A stretch of 63,888 nt of DNA, filler included, from Octopus bimaculoides (taxonomy: Eukaryota), in NCBI RefSeq assembly GCF_001194135.2. It is 7 parts of 7 records of this genome, joined end to end, with 100 filler letters (N's around TTAATTAATTAA, not from the genome) between each part and the next. Parts side by side here need not be neighbours in the genome. Positions count along the whole stretch, not along the records: positions 62,081 to 63,888 come from NW_026370431.1; 6 more parts are not named here. One strand, written 5' to 3'. Shown piece after piece: positions 63,250 to 63,888 of this stretch. The translations under genes were made by a program, and so were the position numbers. The stretch's first letter is position 1, and the number at the start of each line of letters is the position of its first letter. The notes below the pieces were generated by a model. It was given only the letters and a program-made list of their open reading frames with translations, searched no databases and was not told where the DNA came from.

Positions 63250-63480
63250 TGGGTAGGCGAGAGAAGGGAATAGGGTTTGTATGTTAAGTGTTTGGAATTT
63301 CTCTATAAAAAGATTCTCCTTGTTGATTCTTTCTTGTGTAGAGATTCTGTCCATGGTCCTCCGATGTCCGCCGAATGGGGATTGGTGAGGAAGAACAGCT
63401 GATTTTTGAGCAGGGTCTGATTTGTAATGAAGCTTTGTAACGCCGCGAGAGCCTTTTTACAGCTGATGGTTGGGAGTGTC
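63250..63480 (-). mobile_element. Possible Penelope-like GIY-YIG C-terminal remnant
   Basis: Minus text ISTQERINKENLFIEKFQTLN resembles the R..KE..FI.K...LN end of Penelope-like endonucleases. Confidence 0.3.
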
Positions 63481-63571
63481 AAGTGCACTGCAATGAATAT
63501 TAACCTACACCTACTTAGAAATTACTGATGAAAAGGCAAAAATTTTTTAAAAATTAGAAAAAATTATAAAA

Positions 63572-63888
63572 TTACGAAGTGAAGTAATTATATAAAACCT
63601 CCTTGTACACAATGTTTTTTGTTTTTCCTTGTGGAACAAACGTGAAAGCATCACTCTTGCTGCCCACACGCAAGCAGCTAACGTAAAGCTGACCATGAGA
63701 TAAACACGGATCCCCCAAATGTATTCCCGCAACAGACAGCATTTGCCCCTGTGCTTTGTTAATTGACATTGCGAAGCATGGCCTGACTGGAAACTGGGAC
63801 CTCCAAAATGTGAAAGTTAGGTCTGCTCCTGATGGGATAAGATGCATCCTCGGTATGAGCACAACGTTGCCTCGACCGCACCCTGTGA
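63572..63888 (-). mobile_element. Helitron Rep-helicase (PIF1-like) C-terminus, running off the window edge
   Basis: Open minus frame TGCGRGNVVLIPRMHLIPSGADLTFTFWRSQFPVRPCFAMSINKAQGQMLSVAGIHLGDPCLSHGQLYVSCLRVGSK...KTKNIVYKEVL contains PIF1 motifs V and VI and the Helitron-type NIVYKEV end. Confidence 0.92.

Overview
AT-rich, gap-ridden eukaryotic scaffold dense in microsatellites. It is most likely Octopus; this is inferred from the SINE families, repeat load and element types, with no database search. Nearly all long ORFs in the supplied track are artefacts of microsatellites or N-runs. Two host coding exons are recognisable, on opposite strands: a 257-nt core-2/I-branching beta-1,6-GlcNAc transferase (GCNT-like) exon (7532-7788, minus) and a 129-nt ceramide kinase-like exon (58783-58911, plus). 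The rest is a layered fossil record of mobile DNA: at least four tRNA-derived SINE families, RTE, Dong/R4, CRE-like and Tx1/L1-like LINE fragments, Penelope-like remnants, Tc1/mariner and pogo elements, a hAT MITE with an intact TSD, and a Helitron helicase end. The most notable observations are a minimal type-I hammerhead ribozyme motif (30748-30801), a Tx1-like element whose 5' end abuts a SINE tRNA-like head, a minisatellite built from a SINE Pol III A-box, several foldback or inverted structures, and a 175-179-bp tandem repeat abutting Merlin-like codons. There is no CRISPR array and no prokaryote-type system. Family names come from recalled motif similarity and need confirmation.
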